A stretch of DNA of 64,000 nt from Candidatus Pelearchaeum maunauluense (GTDB lineage: Archaea; Thermoproteota; Nitrososphaeria_A; Caldarchaeales; Caldarchaeaceae), in contig JANVYQ010000006.1 of the NCBI GenBank assembly GCA_030059675.1, positions 32,001 to 96,000 on the forward strand, read 5' to 3'. The position numbers were made by a program, and so were the translations under genes. The stretch's first letter is position 1, and every line of letters begins with the position of its first letter. Shown here piece after piece: positions 28,721 through 39,726 of the stretch. The notes beneath the pieces are model-generated. The model made no database searches. It saw only the letters and a list, made by a program, of their open reading frames with translations, and was not told the DNA's origin.

Positions 28721-29916
28721 ACTAGGTGGCGCGAGTTTTTCCTAATTTTCTCAATAGCCCTAGCTATGTCTTCCAGCTCCTCACGTTCAGCAAGTAGAAC
28801 ATTCTGGGGAATCCACACGGCCTCCTCGCGTGATGCCTGCTCCGTATTGGTTAGAATCAATTCTCTCGGAGTTTGCGCCGATTCTAAAATCTCATCCCAT
28901 AGAAACCCGTAAGAGTATAGTGGCTTATAGCCAGCGCTGCATGGTATTCCCTCAGCCCTTAGAGCCTCGACAAAACGTTCCTTACCGACGCCGTTGAACT
29001 CCTCGCGCCTATACTTGAATATGAATAGATGATACGCGTGGGATGTTACGTAATTTGGTCTTCTTAGCGGCTCTACACCAGGTATGCTCTCAAGAAGATG
29101 TGTTAGATATTTAGCGTTCTCTTCGCGTTTTTTCATAAGTTTGGGCAGTCTTCTTAGTTGTGCGAGAAGTACCGCCGCTTGGAATTCAGTCATTCTGAAA
29201 TTCCAGCCATATCTAACGTGTTCATACCAGCCTCTCCGCCTATCGCGGCCTACGTTATGATACGACCACGCCAGCTCTGCGATTTCTTCGTTATTTGTAG
29301 TTATGAATCCTCCCTCTCCTGCGGTCATGTTCTTGCTTTGATAGAAGCTAAACGCCCCCGCGTCGCCAATGCTCCCAACACGTCTAGAGAGCCACTCAGC
29401 ACCGTGAGCCTGGGCAGCATCCTCAAGAACTCTAAGACCATACTCGGCGGCAAGCTTCAGAATCTTAGACATATCTGCTGGACATCCTGCTAAATGAACG
29501 GGAATTATACAACGTGTCTTAGGAGTTATTCTATTCTCAGCATCCTCCGCTGATAGCGTGTAAGTCTCTGGCTCTATATCAGCAAATATGGGCACGGCTC
29601 CCGCGTCTATCACAGCGGTAGCAGTTGCTAGAAACGTATATGATGGTATTATTACGTGGTCGCCGCGCTTTACTCCTAATGCCTTTAGAGCTATGAGAAG
29701 AGCTGTAGAGCCGCTGGTGCACGCTAGGCCATATTTGGCATGTTGGAAGGAAGCAAACTCGCGCTCAAACACTGCTAGCTTAGCCCCACCAACGCTCCAA
29801 TAACCGCTTCTAAGCGCATCAAGTAGTTCCCGTTCTTCCTCAGCACCAAAAAGGGGCCATCGCGGGAAGGGCTTGATGCGCGTCGGCTCCCCACCAAGAA
29901 GTGCCAGCTCACTCAA
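28717..29916 (-). CDS. DegT/DnrJ/EryC1/StrS-family PLP aminotransferase
   Basis: EDAAQAHG, FSFYQSKNMTAGEGG, NFRMTEFQAA. Confidence 0.93.
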   Translation of the reverse strand: MSELALLGGEPTRIKPFPRWPLFGAEEERELLDALRSGYWSVGGAKLAVFEREFASFQHAKYGLACTSGSTALLIALKALGVKRGDHVIIPSYTFLATATAVIDAGAVPIFADIEPETYTLSAEDAENRITPKTRCIIPVHLAGCPADMSKILKLAAEYGLRVLEDAAQAHGAEWLSRRVGSIGDAGAFSFYQSKNMTAGEGGFITTNNEEIAELAWSYHNVGRDRRRGWYEHVRYGWNFRMTEFQAAVLLAQLRRLPKLMKKREENAKYLTHLLESIPGVEPLRRPNYVTSHAYHLFIFKYRREEFNGVGKERFVEALRAEGIPCSAGYKPLYSYGFLWDEILESAQTPRELILTNTEQASREEAVWIPQNVLLAEREELEDIARAIEKIRKNSRHLV

Positions 29917-29918
29917 AC

Positions 29919-32681
29919 CTACTCTATGACAATTATGTCATTATAATAGTATTTCCTACGCCTCCTCCTAACAACAAATACTATAAGAGTTATCACCAAT
30001 AGTAAAATTGAAACAACTAGTATCATGATGATAATCTGCCAACCTGAGAAGGGAACTCCGAACAGCTCTAGATAAACTGGCATAACAATATTTACAGAAC
30101 CCGTTTCAGTCCATTCGGGTCCTATCTCATGATTCTCCAAAAGCCCCTTATATTCTACATTGATGGAGAGTTTCCGTGCTGGCACTTCTCCAATAGTTAT
30201 TACACCGTCTTTGCCTGTTGTATCGGCAAACCTTGCTCCATCAACCTTAACCTTAACAGTAGCGCCTGATAAGGGCTGACCTCTCTCACCCATAACATAC
30301 ACGGACAAGGGCGCCAGAGGGATATGCACAATAGCTACAACAGGCTTATCCACCTCAAGCACATTACCCAGCCCTAGCTCAATGCCATAAACTTCCGCAC
30401 TCTCAATAACCCAAGAACCAGCTTGAAGCCACTCCGAGTAAGGAGGCTGCAATTCAATACTTGCATCATCGCGTTTTAATGTTATTATTATGTTAAGCTT
30501 CTCTGGAAGCTCCTGGCCCCTGAGATCAACCAGCCTAAGTGAAGTCAAGTATTCTTCTATCCAATTTACGTGCGTTTCAATAGGGCTTGATATTGTTAGC
30601 GTTATGTTCTGCCCTTGCTCCACGTATCCTGTCCATCCAGCGAAGACGAGTCTATGCAGGGGTGATAGCTGAAGTATTGATGGAACAGATATCTCTAACT
30701 CCTCACCAGCATCCATCCATTTATCAATAGAGAATGCTGGCGTGGCGTTAACTATTACGCGATACTGCGTAACCCACCTAGCTTCTATGAGCTTAGGAGA
30801 ATCTACCACTACCTCTATCTCCGTGCTAGTGGCGTTGATATCGCCGCTCCAGCCGCGGAAAACGAGCCTCTCACCAACTTCAACAGGTATAGTCTGCTCT
30901 GTTATAGTTATAGTGAGTCTAGTATTAGCATCGTACCAACCACTCTTCACGCTCGCTAAAGGCTCGCGTATATCCACATAGTATTGCTTCTTCCAGAAAG
31001 CGGTAAGTGTGATGGGCTGGTTTATTGTAACCTCCAACAACGGCTGGATAAAACTACTCTCCAGCCACCCACTAAAGACATATCTCGTGGCGTTCCCATA
31101 ATCAGCAACAAGCATCGCCGGGTCTACGCCGATGACTACACTGGTCCCCTCATCATGCCAACCCGCGCCAACAGGCCTTCCAAATGGTGTATCTATTGTA
31201 ACGCGGTACTGACGTTTAAAGAAAACCTCAACCAACATATCATCAGCAACATTTATCATTATCTCGTTTGACTCCGTCCTCTCACCATTAACCACCCAGT
31301 ATAGGAATACGTAGCGAGAGGAGTCGTTTTCTGGAATTATGTCGGGTACACTTAGTATGTACTTTCCTTTTGGAAGGTTTATGTCAGCTATGCCGTCGGC
31401 GTTAACTGTGTATATTGTTCCGTTTATTCTTATGTTTATTCCTGGAATGTTTGATACGAGCTTTAACTCATAGGTTATTACGCCATATTCTATGCTAACC
31501 GTAAATGTTGTTAAAGTTTTGGAGATTATCTTTATGGTTATCTGACGTTGTTCATCCACATATTTCTCACCAACATCTAATGCTGCGTTATTGAGAGACT
31601 GGCCGCTCTTTCTGACTACCTTAACTATCCCGCCCCCGCTTGGTTTTGATTCATCCACAACTAATATCAGCACGCCAGCAGAGGGAAGATAACGGTCATA
31701 TCCTATCTTCTTCCTCAGCTCAATCAAGTAATAGAAACTACTTGTTATGGGGATTTTGATTGCAGCCATGCCGTCGCCTGTTTCCAGTGGTGATAGCGTA
31801 ATTACGGCGGATTCGCCGCGGGTTACTGTTCTCACACGCTCATCCGCGAGCCAGCCCAGCTTAATCTTGCCCCAACTCGTTAAATGTGCGGGAGAGCTTC
31901 CACGGGCAGAAAGGGGGCCGTTCCAAGAGCCTGCCGCCATTAAATCCCATGGGCCTACAAAGTTGTCTGGCTCATCCCGTTGTGCAGTGTTATAAAGGTC
32001 TGGAAGCCCTATAAGATGACCAACTTCATGAGCCCACGTCCCCATCGGGCTGTATATGCTAACTATCCCAACAGCATCTATGCTAGTCTCCTCACCCGAC
32101 GGAAGTCTAAGACCACACGATAGACGAGGACTATAATATGCGCTAGACCAAATATCATACTCATTACCAGTCATCGCTTGGTCATTTCTAGCATGTACGA
32201 TGATGAAGTAATCATATGCTCTAAGATCAAATAATGGGTCAGCGAGTTGGAATGCTTCATTTATCAGCTGGCAGAGACGGGCATCTATAGACGAGCCTAT
32301 GTCGTCTCCATAGTAGGTAGATGATTGGCTAACTGTTATCCACGTATCAGGCCTAACTATATCTGTCGTGAATACGCCGTAAGAGACTTCCAGCCAATAG
32401 TCGGCCATTCTTTCGCCAGAGGAAACTGCTTCATTAAGCGAGGTTGGTGTGGGTATATCTGGGAAATCCACGGGTATCACCAATACTCTCCTAGTCCCGT
32501 ACACTGCATTAAGCTGAATCCCAGCCTGTTCAGAACGTTCCACGTAATCTGGTTGATTTGGCTCCAAGTTCTGGATGGCGGCGGAAACGGAATAGACAGA
32601 AAAATATACAACAACAGTAAAAATAGTTAACGTGAGTAGTAAAAACCTGCTTAGCGGAATGCCGTTAGGGTGGTGAAGCAT
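29919..32681 (-). CDS. M6-family (immune inhibitor A-like) surface metalloprotease with C-terminal TM anchor
   Basis: Signal/TM, VIPVDFPD, HEVGHLIGLPDLY, WDLMAAGSW, repeated YVFxGW beta modules, C-terminal TM plus RRRRRK. Confidence 0.88.
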   Translation of the reverse strand: MLHHPNGIPLSRFLLLTLTIFTVVVYFSVYSVSAAIQNLEPNQPDYVERSEQAGIQLNAVYGTRRVLVIPVDFPDIPTPTSLNEAVSSGERMADYWLEVSYGVFTTDIVRPDTWITVSQSSTYYGDDIGSSIDARLCQLINEAFQLADPLFDLRAYDYFIIVHARNDQAMTGNEYDIWSSAYYSPRLSCGLRLPSGEETSIDAVGIVSIYSPMGTWAHEVGHLIGLPDLYNTAQRDEPDNFVGPWDLMAAGSWNGPLSARGSSPAHLTSWGKIKLGWLADERVRTVTRGESAVITLSPLETGDGMAAIKIPITSSFYYLIELRKKIGYDRYLPSAGVLILVVDESKPSGGGIVKVVRKSGQSLNNAALDVGEKYVDEQRQITIKIISKTLTTFTVSIEYGVITYELKLVSNIPGINIRINGTIYTVNADGIADINLPKGKYILSVPDIIPENDSSRYVFLYWVVNGERTESNEIMINVADDMLVEVFFKRQYRVTIDTPFGRPVGAGWHDEGTSVVIGVDPAMLVADYGNATRYVFSGWLESSFIQPLLEVTINQPITLTAFWKKQYYVDIREPLASVKSGWYDANTRLTITITEQTIPVEVGERLVFRGWSGDINATSTEIEVVVDSPKLIEARWVTQYRVIVNATPAFSIDKWMDAGEELEISVPSILQLSPLHRLVFAGWTGYVEQGQNITLTISSPIETHVNWIEEYLTSLRLVDLRGQELPEKLNIIITLKRDDASIELQPPYSEWLQAGSWVIESAEVYGIELGLGNVLEVDKPVVAIVHIPLAPLSVYVMGERGQPLSGATVKVKVDGARFADTTGKDGVITIGEVPARKLSINVEYKGLLENHEIGPEWTETGSVNIVMPVYLELFGVPFSGWQIIIMILVVSILLLVITLIVFVVRRRRRKYYYNDIIVIE

Positions 32682-32856
32682 TTAGCCAATCCCTCAACCA
32701 GTTCCAGTTCTTAACGTTTGTCAAGAATAAATAAAGATAAGACCTCCCCGCCCTCGCGCATTTTGTTATTTTCGCGTAGAGTGTTGAATTTTCTCGGAAC
32801 TAAGCGAATAAATATTCTATGAGGACTTTTATCTTCCACCCGCTTGGTGAGAAACT

Positions 32857-33233
32857 ATGGTTGACGAGATAATTCTGCTAGGTCTTACTCTTGCGGCTCT
32901 AATAGTTCAATTAATGGGTGGCCTCGTAGTTCTGTTATTTATAGAATAACTAAACGGCATAGACTAAAGCTGAAATATCTAACACCATTTATATTAGTCT
33001 CAGGCTGGTCTGAGATAAAGGGCAATATAACGTTCTTCCATCTACTCATAACGGAAGGTATATTATTCACACTCCTCATAGTAATTAACGCGTTGGACTT
33101 GCTGATTTATACGGGCATATATAGCCGTCTCTTGGCCCTGGCGATAGCTATGACTATGTTTTATGCGCTCTAAATAGTTTATAGAGAGGTAAGCCGGCTC
33201 TCAAAGACCGCTAAGGTGGCTGTTGGCTTGTGA
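32857..33233 (+). pseudogene. Small multi-pass membrane protein, disrupted
   Basis: GGTGA SD plus ATG 32857 (MVDEIILLGLTLAALIVQLMGG...); frameshift near 32935 into a long hydrophobic frame with TAA at 33171 and terminal TGA at 33233. Confidence 0.5.
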
Positions 33234-33287
33234 ATGTGGCGAGAGATTTAAATTAAACACCAAAAGTGCTGTGGAGAGGGGAAGAAT

Positions 33288-33680
33288 ATGAGTAAGCCTG
33301 TTGACCTCGGCTCGCTTAAGGAGGGGCATAACATAGTGATTGATGGCGAGCCATGTAGGATTGTGGAGTTGGAGAAGAGCAAGCCCGGGAAGCATGGCTC
33401 TGCTAAGATAAGGTTGGTGGCGATAGGGATATTTGACGAGGTGAAGAGGAGCTACGTAGGGCCTGCTGATAGCAAGGTAGAAGTTCCCATAGTAGAGAAG
33501 AAGAGTGGCCAGGTTGTATCCGTTTCAGACGATAGTGTAAGCGTTATGGATAACGAATCTCTCCAGATAGTTGAGATACCCATGCCCAAAGACGAGAATC
33601 TACGTGCCAAGGTAGAGCCAGGAGTAACCGTAGAATATTGGACAATAATGAATAGACATATGTTGGTCAACGTTAAGTAA
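33288..33680 (+). CDS. eif5a: Translation factor aIF5A
   Basis: SKPGKHGSAK hypusination motif. Confidence 0.97.
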   Translation: MSKPVDLGSLKEGHNIVIDGEPCRIVELEKSKPGKHGSAKIRLVAIGIFDEVKRSYVGPADSKVEVPIVEKKSGQVVSVSDDSVSVMDNESLQIVEIPMPKDENLRAKVEPGVTVEYWTIMNRHMLVNVK

Positions 33681-33684
33681 GTAT

Positions 33685-35295
33685 CTAACCGTTGTTGTGT
33701 TGTCCTCCGTCTATTTTTGCGCTGGCTATACCGAGCTTCCTTATTACCGCTAGGTTGTAGGTATATCCGTCAGTAATCGCTTTTAGACTTGCCTCAAGTA
33801 TGTTACGCGAGACCGCTGTAGTAGCCCAGCGCTTCGCGCCAGACATGAACTCTACAAATACACGGACCGCAGCGGCGGTTCCGTCGCCACTATCTATTAC
33901 CGCCACCTTATAGTTTACCAGATGCGTATCCTTGAGTTCTGGGAACTTTCTCAGTAATGCCTTCCTTATAGCCTCGTCAAGTGCATGAACGGGACCAACG
34001 CCCTCACCAATCTCGGTTATAGCTTCTCCATTTACGTCAAGCGAGACTATTGCTTTAGCCATCTGCCTACCTATATCAAACACCTCAACCCACCATGTCC
34101 TTATCTTAAAGAAGTCTAGTCTAACGCCTATTGAGTTGAGGAGTATTAAGCTTACTGTGGCGTCTGCTGGCTCTAGATTATAGCCCAGCAATTCTAGTTT
34201 CTTAATCTCCTCTAATGCTCGTGTAAGCTCGTTCTTGTCTAGAGATAATCCTAGTTTCTGCGCCTGGTATTGTAGTGCAGACCTCCCTGACAGCTCGGAT
34301 ATTGATATTATCCTTTCGTTACCAACCAGCGCTGGGTCTATATGCTCGTAGGTTCGCGGGTGTTTGAGCATCGCATCTATATGCACGCCGCCTTTATGAG
34401 CGAATGCGTGTCTTCCGACAAATGGATGGTATGGACTTAGCTCGCGATTAGATAACTCCGCCACCAACCGCGCGGTCTGTGTAAGCCGTCTTAACCTCTC
34501 AACCCCATCGCCGCCTAAGACTTTGAACCCCATCTTAAGCGCTAGGTTAGGAATTACTTGGCATAGGTCGGCATTACCGCATCTCTCGCCCAAGCCGTTT
34601 ATCGTCCCCTGCACATGTCTAGCACCCTCCTCAACTGCCGCTAGAGTATTAGCCACAGCCACGCCAGAATCGTTATGAGTATGTATCCCTAATGGACATC
34701 CAATCTCTTCACGGACTCTCCGAGTTATCACGCTAAGCTCACTCGGCAACGTCCCGCCATTAGTATCGCAGAGAACAACAACACGCGCTCCCGCATCGTA
34801 AGCGGAGCGTACAACAGAAAGAGCATAGCTGGGAGAGTCTTTAAACCCATCATAGAAGTGTTCAGCATCAAAGATAACCTCTATACCATGACTACGCAGA
34901 TATTCTATTGTATCAGTTATCATGTCGAGATTCTCCTCATCGGTGCAGCGTAGAACCTCCCTCACATGTAGCAGCCATGACTTGCCGAATATGACCGCCG
35001 TGCCTACATCAGCCTTGATTATCGAGTCTAATGATGGGTCGTTGCTTGGTCTAGTATCCTTACGTCGGGTACTTCCAAATGCGGCTATTCTGCTGTGGCT
35101 AAATGAGATATCTTTTGCTGCCTTAAAGAACTCTGCATCCTTCGGATTGGAGCCTGGCCAGCCCCCCTCAATAATATCAATACCCAGCTCGTCCAGCTTC
35201 TCAGCTATGCGGAGCTTTTCATGCAGTGTGAAGGTAACGCCCCTGGTCTGGGCGCCATCGCGTAGTGTGGTATCGAGGGTCTCAACGTAATCGAT
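33685..35295 (-). CDS. cimA: Citramalate synthase (LeuA/CimA family)
   Basis: Frame extends 110 codons upstream of the listed ORF: IDYVETLDTTLRDGAQ...EGGWPGSNPKD...FGKSW; DAEHF, HTHND, GERCGNA, AHKGGVH; no in-frame canonical start. Confidence 0.9.
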   Translation of the reverse strand: MDYVETLDTTLRDGAQTRGVTFTLHEKLRIAEKLDELGIDIIEGGWPGSNPKDAEFFKAAKDISFSHSRIAAFGSTRRKDTRPSNDPSLDSIIKADVGTAVIFGKSWLLHVREVLRCTDEENLDMITDTIEYLRSHGIEVIFDAEHFYDGFKDSPSYALSVVRSAYDAGARVVVLCDTNGGTLPSELSVITRRVREEIGCPLGIHTHNDSGVAVANTLAAVEEGARHVQGTINGLGERCGNADLCQVIPNLALKMGFKVLGGDGVERLRRLTQTARLVAELSNRELSPYHPFVGRHAFAHKGGVHIDAMLKHPRTYEHIDPALVGNERIISISELSGRSALQYQAQKLGLSLDKNELTRALEEIKKLELLGYNLEPADATVSLILLNSIGVRLDFFKIRTWWVEVFDIGRQMAKAIVSLDVNGEAITEIGEGVGPVHALDEAIRKALLRKFPELKDTHLVNYKVAVIDSGDGTAAAVRVFVEFMSGAKRWATTAVSRNILEASLKAITDGYTYNLAVIRKLGIASAKIDGGQHNNG

Positions 35296-35360
35296 TCAGA
35301 CACCCCCAAACTTGTTGTTCTTGTTAGGGTTTTGTCCGTATATTTAATTCTTTCCTGGCC

Positions 35361-36032
35361 TTACTCCAAATATGCTTCGCGGATATGTAGATATCCGCTG
35401 TCGCCGCGCCATTCTTTCTCATAGCTTTTTATTTTTATGCCACGCTTGAAGAGGGGGCAGCTTGTTACGAATGTATCCATCTCACCACCCTCTCCGCAGG
35501 GATGGACGCCATAACGTAGCCATAGTTGCTCAAGCTCTGATACCGCCTCCTCATCTAATACCCTTCCAAGCCATCGCTCATCAAGGCCTGCCGCCGAGAC
35601 AGCGGTGACTATCGCAATAAAGCGGGATTCCACTTCCTCGCGGAGGAGTTCTATTGGTTCTCGTCCCCAGAGCGGTGATAATGTTTTTAGACCAAGCGAC
35701 TCTGCTATACGCTCAACGCGTGAGCGTTGGTATGTGCTTGCTATAGCCCCTGTTAGTATTCCATCAGCCTCTGAAGCGTGGCGCTCCACCGCTGCCCGCA
35801 GGTCTTCAAGCTCCAGCTCCTTCTCCCCCCGTGTATATGCTATAGTTTGCGGAATACCCATAGCCTCCGCTTGCAGATGTGTAAACGCCAGGTTGGGATA
35901 GTGGAACATGTAGCTCTCCCTACTCTCAGGGATGACCGTGATTAGCCTTACAACCACATGCCCCATCTGCGTAGCCCTGTATATAGCGTATGTTGAGTCC
36001 TTACCGCCTGTATAGAGCGCGATTAGCCTCAA
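35361..36032 (-). CDS. dph6: Diphthine--ammonia ligase (PP-loop ATPase)
   Basis: LYTGGKDS, SYMFH, PLW, GEGGEMDTFV; start reassigned to TTG 36032. Confidence 0.9.
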   Translation of the reverse strand: MRLIALYTGGKDSTYAIYRATQMGHVVVRLITVIPESRESYMFHYPNLAFTHLQAEAMGIPQTIAYTRGEKELELEDLRAAVERHASEADGILTGAIASTYQRSRVERIAESLGLKTLSPLWGREPIELLREEVESRFIAIVTAVSAAGLDERWLGRVLDEEAVSELEQLWLRYGVHPCGEGGEMDTFVTSCPLFKRGIKIKSYEKEWRGDSGYLHIREAYLE

Positions 36033-36126
36033 GGGACAAGTTACAAGAATGCTAAGAAATTTATGAAGTATTCCATCATAGAGGCGGGGGAAAGGGTTAT
36101 GTGTAAGAAGCTCAGCCTGGCGTATT

Positions 36127-36525
36127 ATGCAGGCTGTTGTTGAGTATGTAGGTGATGGTAGGCTCCTAGGCGTCGCAGACTCTAAGCAGCTCATCGTGAT
36201 GGGGTGGCGTGGTGTAGGGATAATGCCCATGGAGGCGGTGCTTACAGCGTTAGGAGGATGCAGCGCGGTAGATATAGTGGAGATAATCACAAAGTCCAGA
36301 AAACAAGTTAATGGCCTTAGAGTGGAGCTTAAGGCAGAGCGTGTAGAAGAACCGCCTCGCGTATTCTCCAAAATAGAAATAACATACATCCTCAAATCTC
36401 CTGATGCGACGGAAAACGAGCTTAGAAGAGCCGTGGAGCTTTCTATGGAGAAATATTGCTCGGTTGCTGCTATGCTTCGTAAAGGAGGTGTTGAGATAGG
36501 TTATACCTTTAAGCTGGAGAGATAA
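36127..36525 (+). CDS. OsmC/YhfA-family protein
   Basis: PMEAVLTALGGCSAVD and EKYCSV. Confidence 0.9.
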   Translation: MQAVVEYVGDGRLLGVADSKQLIVMGWRGVGIMPMEAVLTALGGCSAVDIVEIITKSRKQVNGLRVELKAERVEEPPRVFSKIEITYILKSPDATENELRRAVELSMEKYCSVAAMLRKGGVEIGYTFKLER

Positions 36526-36542
36526 TAGCCCGTAGTAGGCGG

Positions 36543-37391
36543 GTGGGGGTAGGCTACCTGACGAAACCCATAACAGTGGTGTATGCTGGTAAGAAGCCGC
36601 AGGCGGTGGCAGCCGCCAGGAAGCTAGGAGAATTCCTCAAATCCAGCGGCTACTCTACAGCCATACTGAGCCTCCCAGAGTTTGAGGCAAGTGAGGAAAA
36701 GCCAAACGAGGGTGTGATAATAGTCCTGGGAGGAGATGGCACGCTTCTCAGGGTAGTAAGATACATAACCTCACAAGACATCGCAATACTGGGCGTTAAT
36801 TTCGGGAGAAGCGGCTTCCTATGCCAAGCGGAGCCTGGAGAGATGATAGAAACGGTTGAGAGCATACTAGCTAGAAATCCCACGACAGACCTAGTTATGA
36901 GGCTCGCCATATACGTCAATGAAGAGTTTGTAGGGAATGTTCTGAACGAGGCTTACCTATCTTCACGCACACCTGGCAGGATTGTAGAATACGCCCTGCG
37001 CCAAGATGGGGAGCTTATCCGCGACGTAGCTGACGGCGTCGTGGTAGCCACGCCAGTCGGCTCAACTGCCTATGCAATGTCAGCAGGAGGCCCAGCTGTT
37101 GATGAGCGTCTAGACGCCATAATAATAACGCCCATGGCCTCACTTCTCAACATGAAACCCCTAGTTTTACCAGCGTCGCATCCAGTTGAAATAGAAATAA
37201 GGAAAGGAGAGGCTCAAATAATGATAGACGGCCACTCCACGTATCCAATAGCTGACGGCCCCCTCGTAAGGGTGAAAAAATCAGAACACCCAGTCAGGTT
37301 TATCCACCTAGACCGCGAAAGACCATTCGCCCGTCGCGTGAGGAAGCGCCTCTATGGAAAAATCTGGGAAACCCCGCGTAATAGTGCTTGA
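36543..37391 (+). CDS. nadK: NAD kinase
   Basis: GGDGTLL, NE, TPVGSTAYAMSAGGP. Confidence 0.95.
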   Translation: MGVGYLTKPITVVYAGKKPQAVAAARKLGEFLKSSGYSTAILSLPEFEASEEKPNEGVIIVLGGDGTLLRVVRYITSQDIAILGVNFGRSGFLCQAEPGEMIETVESILARNPTTDLVMRLAIYVNEEFVGNVLNEAYLSSRTPGRIVEYALRQDGELIRDVADGVVVATPVGSTAYAMSAGGPAVDERLDAIIITPMASLLNMKPLVLPASHPVEIEIRKGEAQIMIDGHSTYPIADGPLVRVKKSEHPVRFIHLDRERPFARRVRKRLYGKIWETPRNSA

Positions 37392-37881
37392 TACTTCTGC
37401 TATATTATCAGGTCAGCTAGAGGCTAATCCAGCCCATAAATATCTGACATGCCAAGGCGTTGTTGATGAGGTTCGCTTCGGTAATCTAGCGCCTGAGAGG
37501 CTTGAAGCAGCAATCATGCAGGGATTACTTATTGTGGAGAGGCCCGAGCAATGGGCCTTGGAGAAAACCATTGAAGCGGCAACCATGACGGGAGATATAA
37601 CAAGCTTATCCGAGACAGATTTGGAGCTTATCGCTATAGCTCTACAGTATAGTGTGGCAAACTATGATGTAAGCCTAGTCTCGGACGATTATGGTGTGCA
37701 GAATACAGCCATGCAGCTCGGCATAAGGGTATCTGGCCGCGTCCATCCAGGGATAAGGCGCGTGGTAAAGTGGATACTCAGCTGCCCAGCGTGTAGCTCA
37801 ACATTTCGCGAAAACCTAAAGACATGCCCGTACTGTGGCGGTGAACTCAGGCGAAAACCAGTTAAGAATCTTAGCACATAG
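37354..37881 (+). CDS. nob1: NOB1-family endonuclease (PIN plus Zn ribbon)
   Basis: VLDTSA, LSETD, SDDYGVQN, CPAC...CPYCG. Confidence 0.92.
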   Translation: MEKSGKPRVIVLDTSAILSGQLEANPAHKYLTCQGVVDEVRFGNLAPERLEAAIMQGLLIVERPEQWALEKTIEAATMTGDITSLSETDLELIAIALQYSVANYDVSLVSDDYGVQNTAMQLGIRVSGRVHPGIRRVVKWILSCPACSSTFRENLKTCPYCGGELRRKPVKNLST

Positions 37882-37952
37882 AGTTAAGTTATGCTAAGGA
37901 AGCAGCGTCATAGTCTTTTTAAATTACTAAAAATGCGTTGAGGCGGGGAGAG

Positions 37953-38990
37953 ATGGTTAAGAAGGTCGCGCTTATCAAAGGCGACGGTGTGGGTCCAGAG
38001 CTTACCCAGGCTCTCATGACTGTTTTTGATGCTTTGAAACCACCTATTGAGATGATTCCAGTAGAGGCGGGGTGTGAATGGTGGGAGAAGAATGGCGGGA
38101 GTAGCATGATACCTGAAGAAACGTGGGAGGTCATACGAAGCTCAGACGCCTGTTTTAAAGCACCGACAACAACACCACCAGACCCCAAAGCACCAAGAAG
38201 TGTGGCAGTCTCAATCAGGCAAGCGATGGACCTATACGCAAACGTGAGACCGATAAAGACATTCCGCGGCGCTGAGAGCCCCCTGGCCAAGATATTCGGG
38301 CCATTTGACTTTGTCTGCGTGCGCGAAGCCACCGAGGGGCTTTACTCAGGTATAGAATTCATGTTTGACAATAATTCCGCCGCGGCGATAAGAAAGATAA
38401 CTTTCCACGCATCTGAAAGAATAGCTCGATGGGCGTTCAAACTGGCCCAGGAGAAGAAATGGAATAGGGTAATAGCTGTTACCAAGCGTAACATCCTAAA
38501 ACTGACGGATGGAGTATTCATGAGCGCTGTGAATAAAGTTGCGCAGGAATTTCCTGGAATATCAGTGGAAGAGTATTATATTGATAATATGGCGCAGCAG
38601 CTCGTCAAAAATCCAGACAGGTTCAACTACACGGTAATCTTAAGCACAAATCTCTTCATGGATATTCTATCAGAGGCCGCGTCCGGCCTCATCGGGAACA
38701 TCGGCCTCGTCTACTCGGCCAACATAGGCGACAACTACGCGATGTTTGAACCTGCGCATGGAAGCGCGCCCAAATATAAAGGCCAGGACAAAGTTAACCC
38801 AACAGCAACTATACTCTCTGGCGCATGGATGCTAAACTACCTAGGACTAGAAAAATATGGTGAAGCAATATTCAAAGCAACAGAAGACGTTATAGCCGAG
38901 AGAAAGCACGTAACATACGACCTTGGAGGCTCGGCCAAGCTCTCGGAAATGGCGCGCGAAATAGCGCGTAAAGCCTCGCAGCTAATCTGA
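37953..38990 (+). CDS. Isocitrate/3-isopropylmalate dehydrogenase family protein
   Basis: [41 protein letters not shown]; substrate not resolvable by eye. Confidence 0.92.
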   Translation: MVKKVALIKGDGVGPELTQALMTVFDALKPPIEMIPVEAGCEWWEKNGGSSMIPEETWEVIRSSDACFKAPTTTPPDPKAPRSVAVSIRQAMDLYANVRPIKTFRGAESPLAKIFGPFDFVCVREATEGLYSGIEFMFDNNSAAAIRKITFHASERIARWAFKLAQEKKWNRVIAVTKRNILKLTDGVFMSAVNKVAQEFPGISVEEYYIDNMAQQLVKNPDRFNYTVILSTNLFMDILSEAASGLIGNIGLVYSANIGDNYAMFEPAHGSAPKYKGQDKVNPTATILSGAWMLNYLGLEKYGEAIFKATEDVIAERKHVTYDLGGSAKLSEMAREIARKASQLI

Positions 38991-39037
38991 TAATAAAACC
39001 AAGAAACAAGCCCAAGCCTCACTTATATTGAACAACT

Positions 39038-39721
39038 ATGCGCATAATAGTTAGAAATATACGACGCCCACAAAATGCAATTATTGAGAAGTTTAGACTG
39101 CTGTCAGTATCTACTGTTTATGAAGCTATTGGGAAAGACACAAAAGTCGTAATGGATTTCTCTATAAAGCCCAGAGCGGCTGGGATGAAACTCGCAGGCC
39201 CTGCGATAACTGTTCAACCATATCCAGCTGATAACATAACTGTTCACAGAGCTATGTTGTTGGCGCAGCCTGGTGATGTTATTGTTGTGGCCGCCCATGG
39301 TTCTTTAGGCGCTATGCGGGGTGCACAGATGACGTATCAAGCTATTAAACAAGGAATTGCTGGAGTAGTTATCGATGGAGCCATCAGAGATGCGGCTGAG
39401 ATAAGAGAGATGGGATTTCCATGTTTACAAAAATAATAAGTCCTATAAGAGCGGCAAAAGAAAACCCAGGCTCAATTAACATAACAATACAATGCGGCGG
39501 TATTGTAGTTAATCCAGGAGATATAATAGTAGGAGACGATGATGGAGTAGTTGCTGTACGCCGCGAGTCAGCAGAAGAAATATTAGAAGGGGCATTACAG
39601 AGGGAAGCTAAAGAGCGAAAGTTTAGAAAGCTTATTGACAAGAAAAACGTTATTTGAGCTATATGATTTTGATAGGATATTCAAGGAGCGTAATGTAAAG
39701 GAGGTTGATAACTATCCATAA
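39038..39721 (+). pseudogene. RraA-like / HMG aldolase family, frameshifted
   Basis: GPAITV, PGDVIVV, DGAIRD, VNPGDIIVGDDDGVV; frame breaks near 39424 and 39645; conserved W replaced (GAMRG). Confidence 0.85.
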
Positions 39722-39726
39722 CATAG

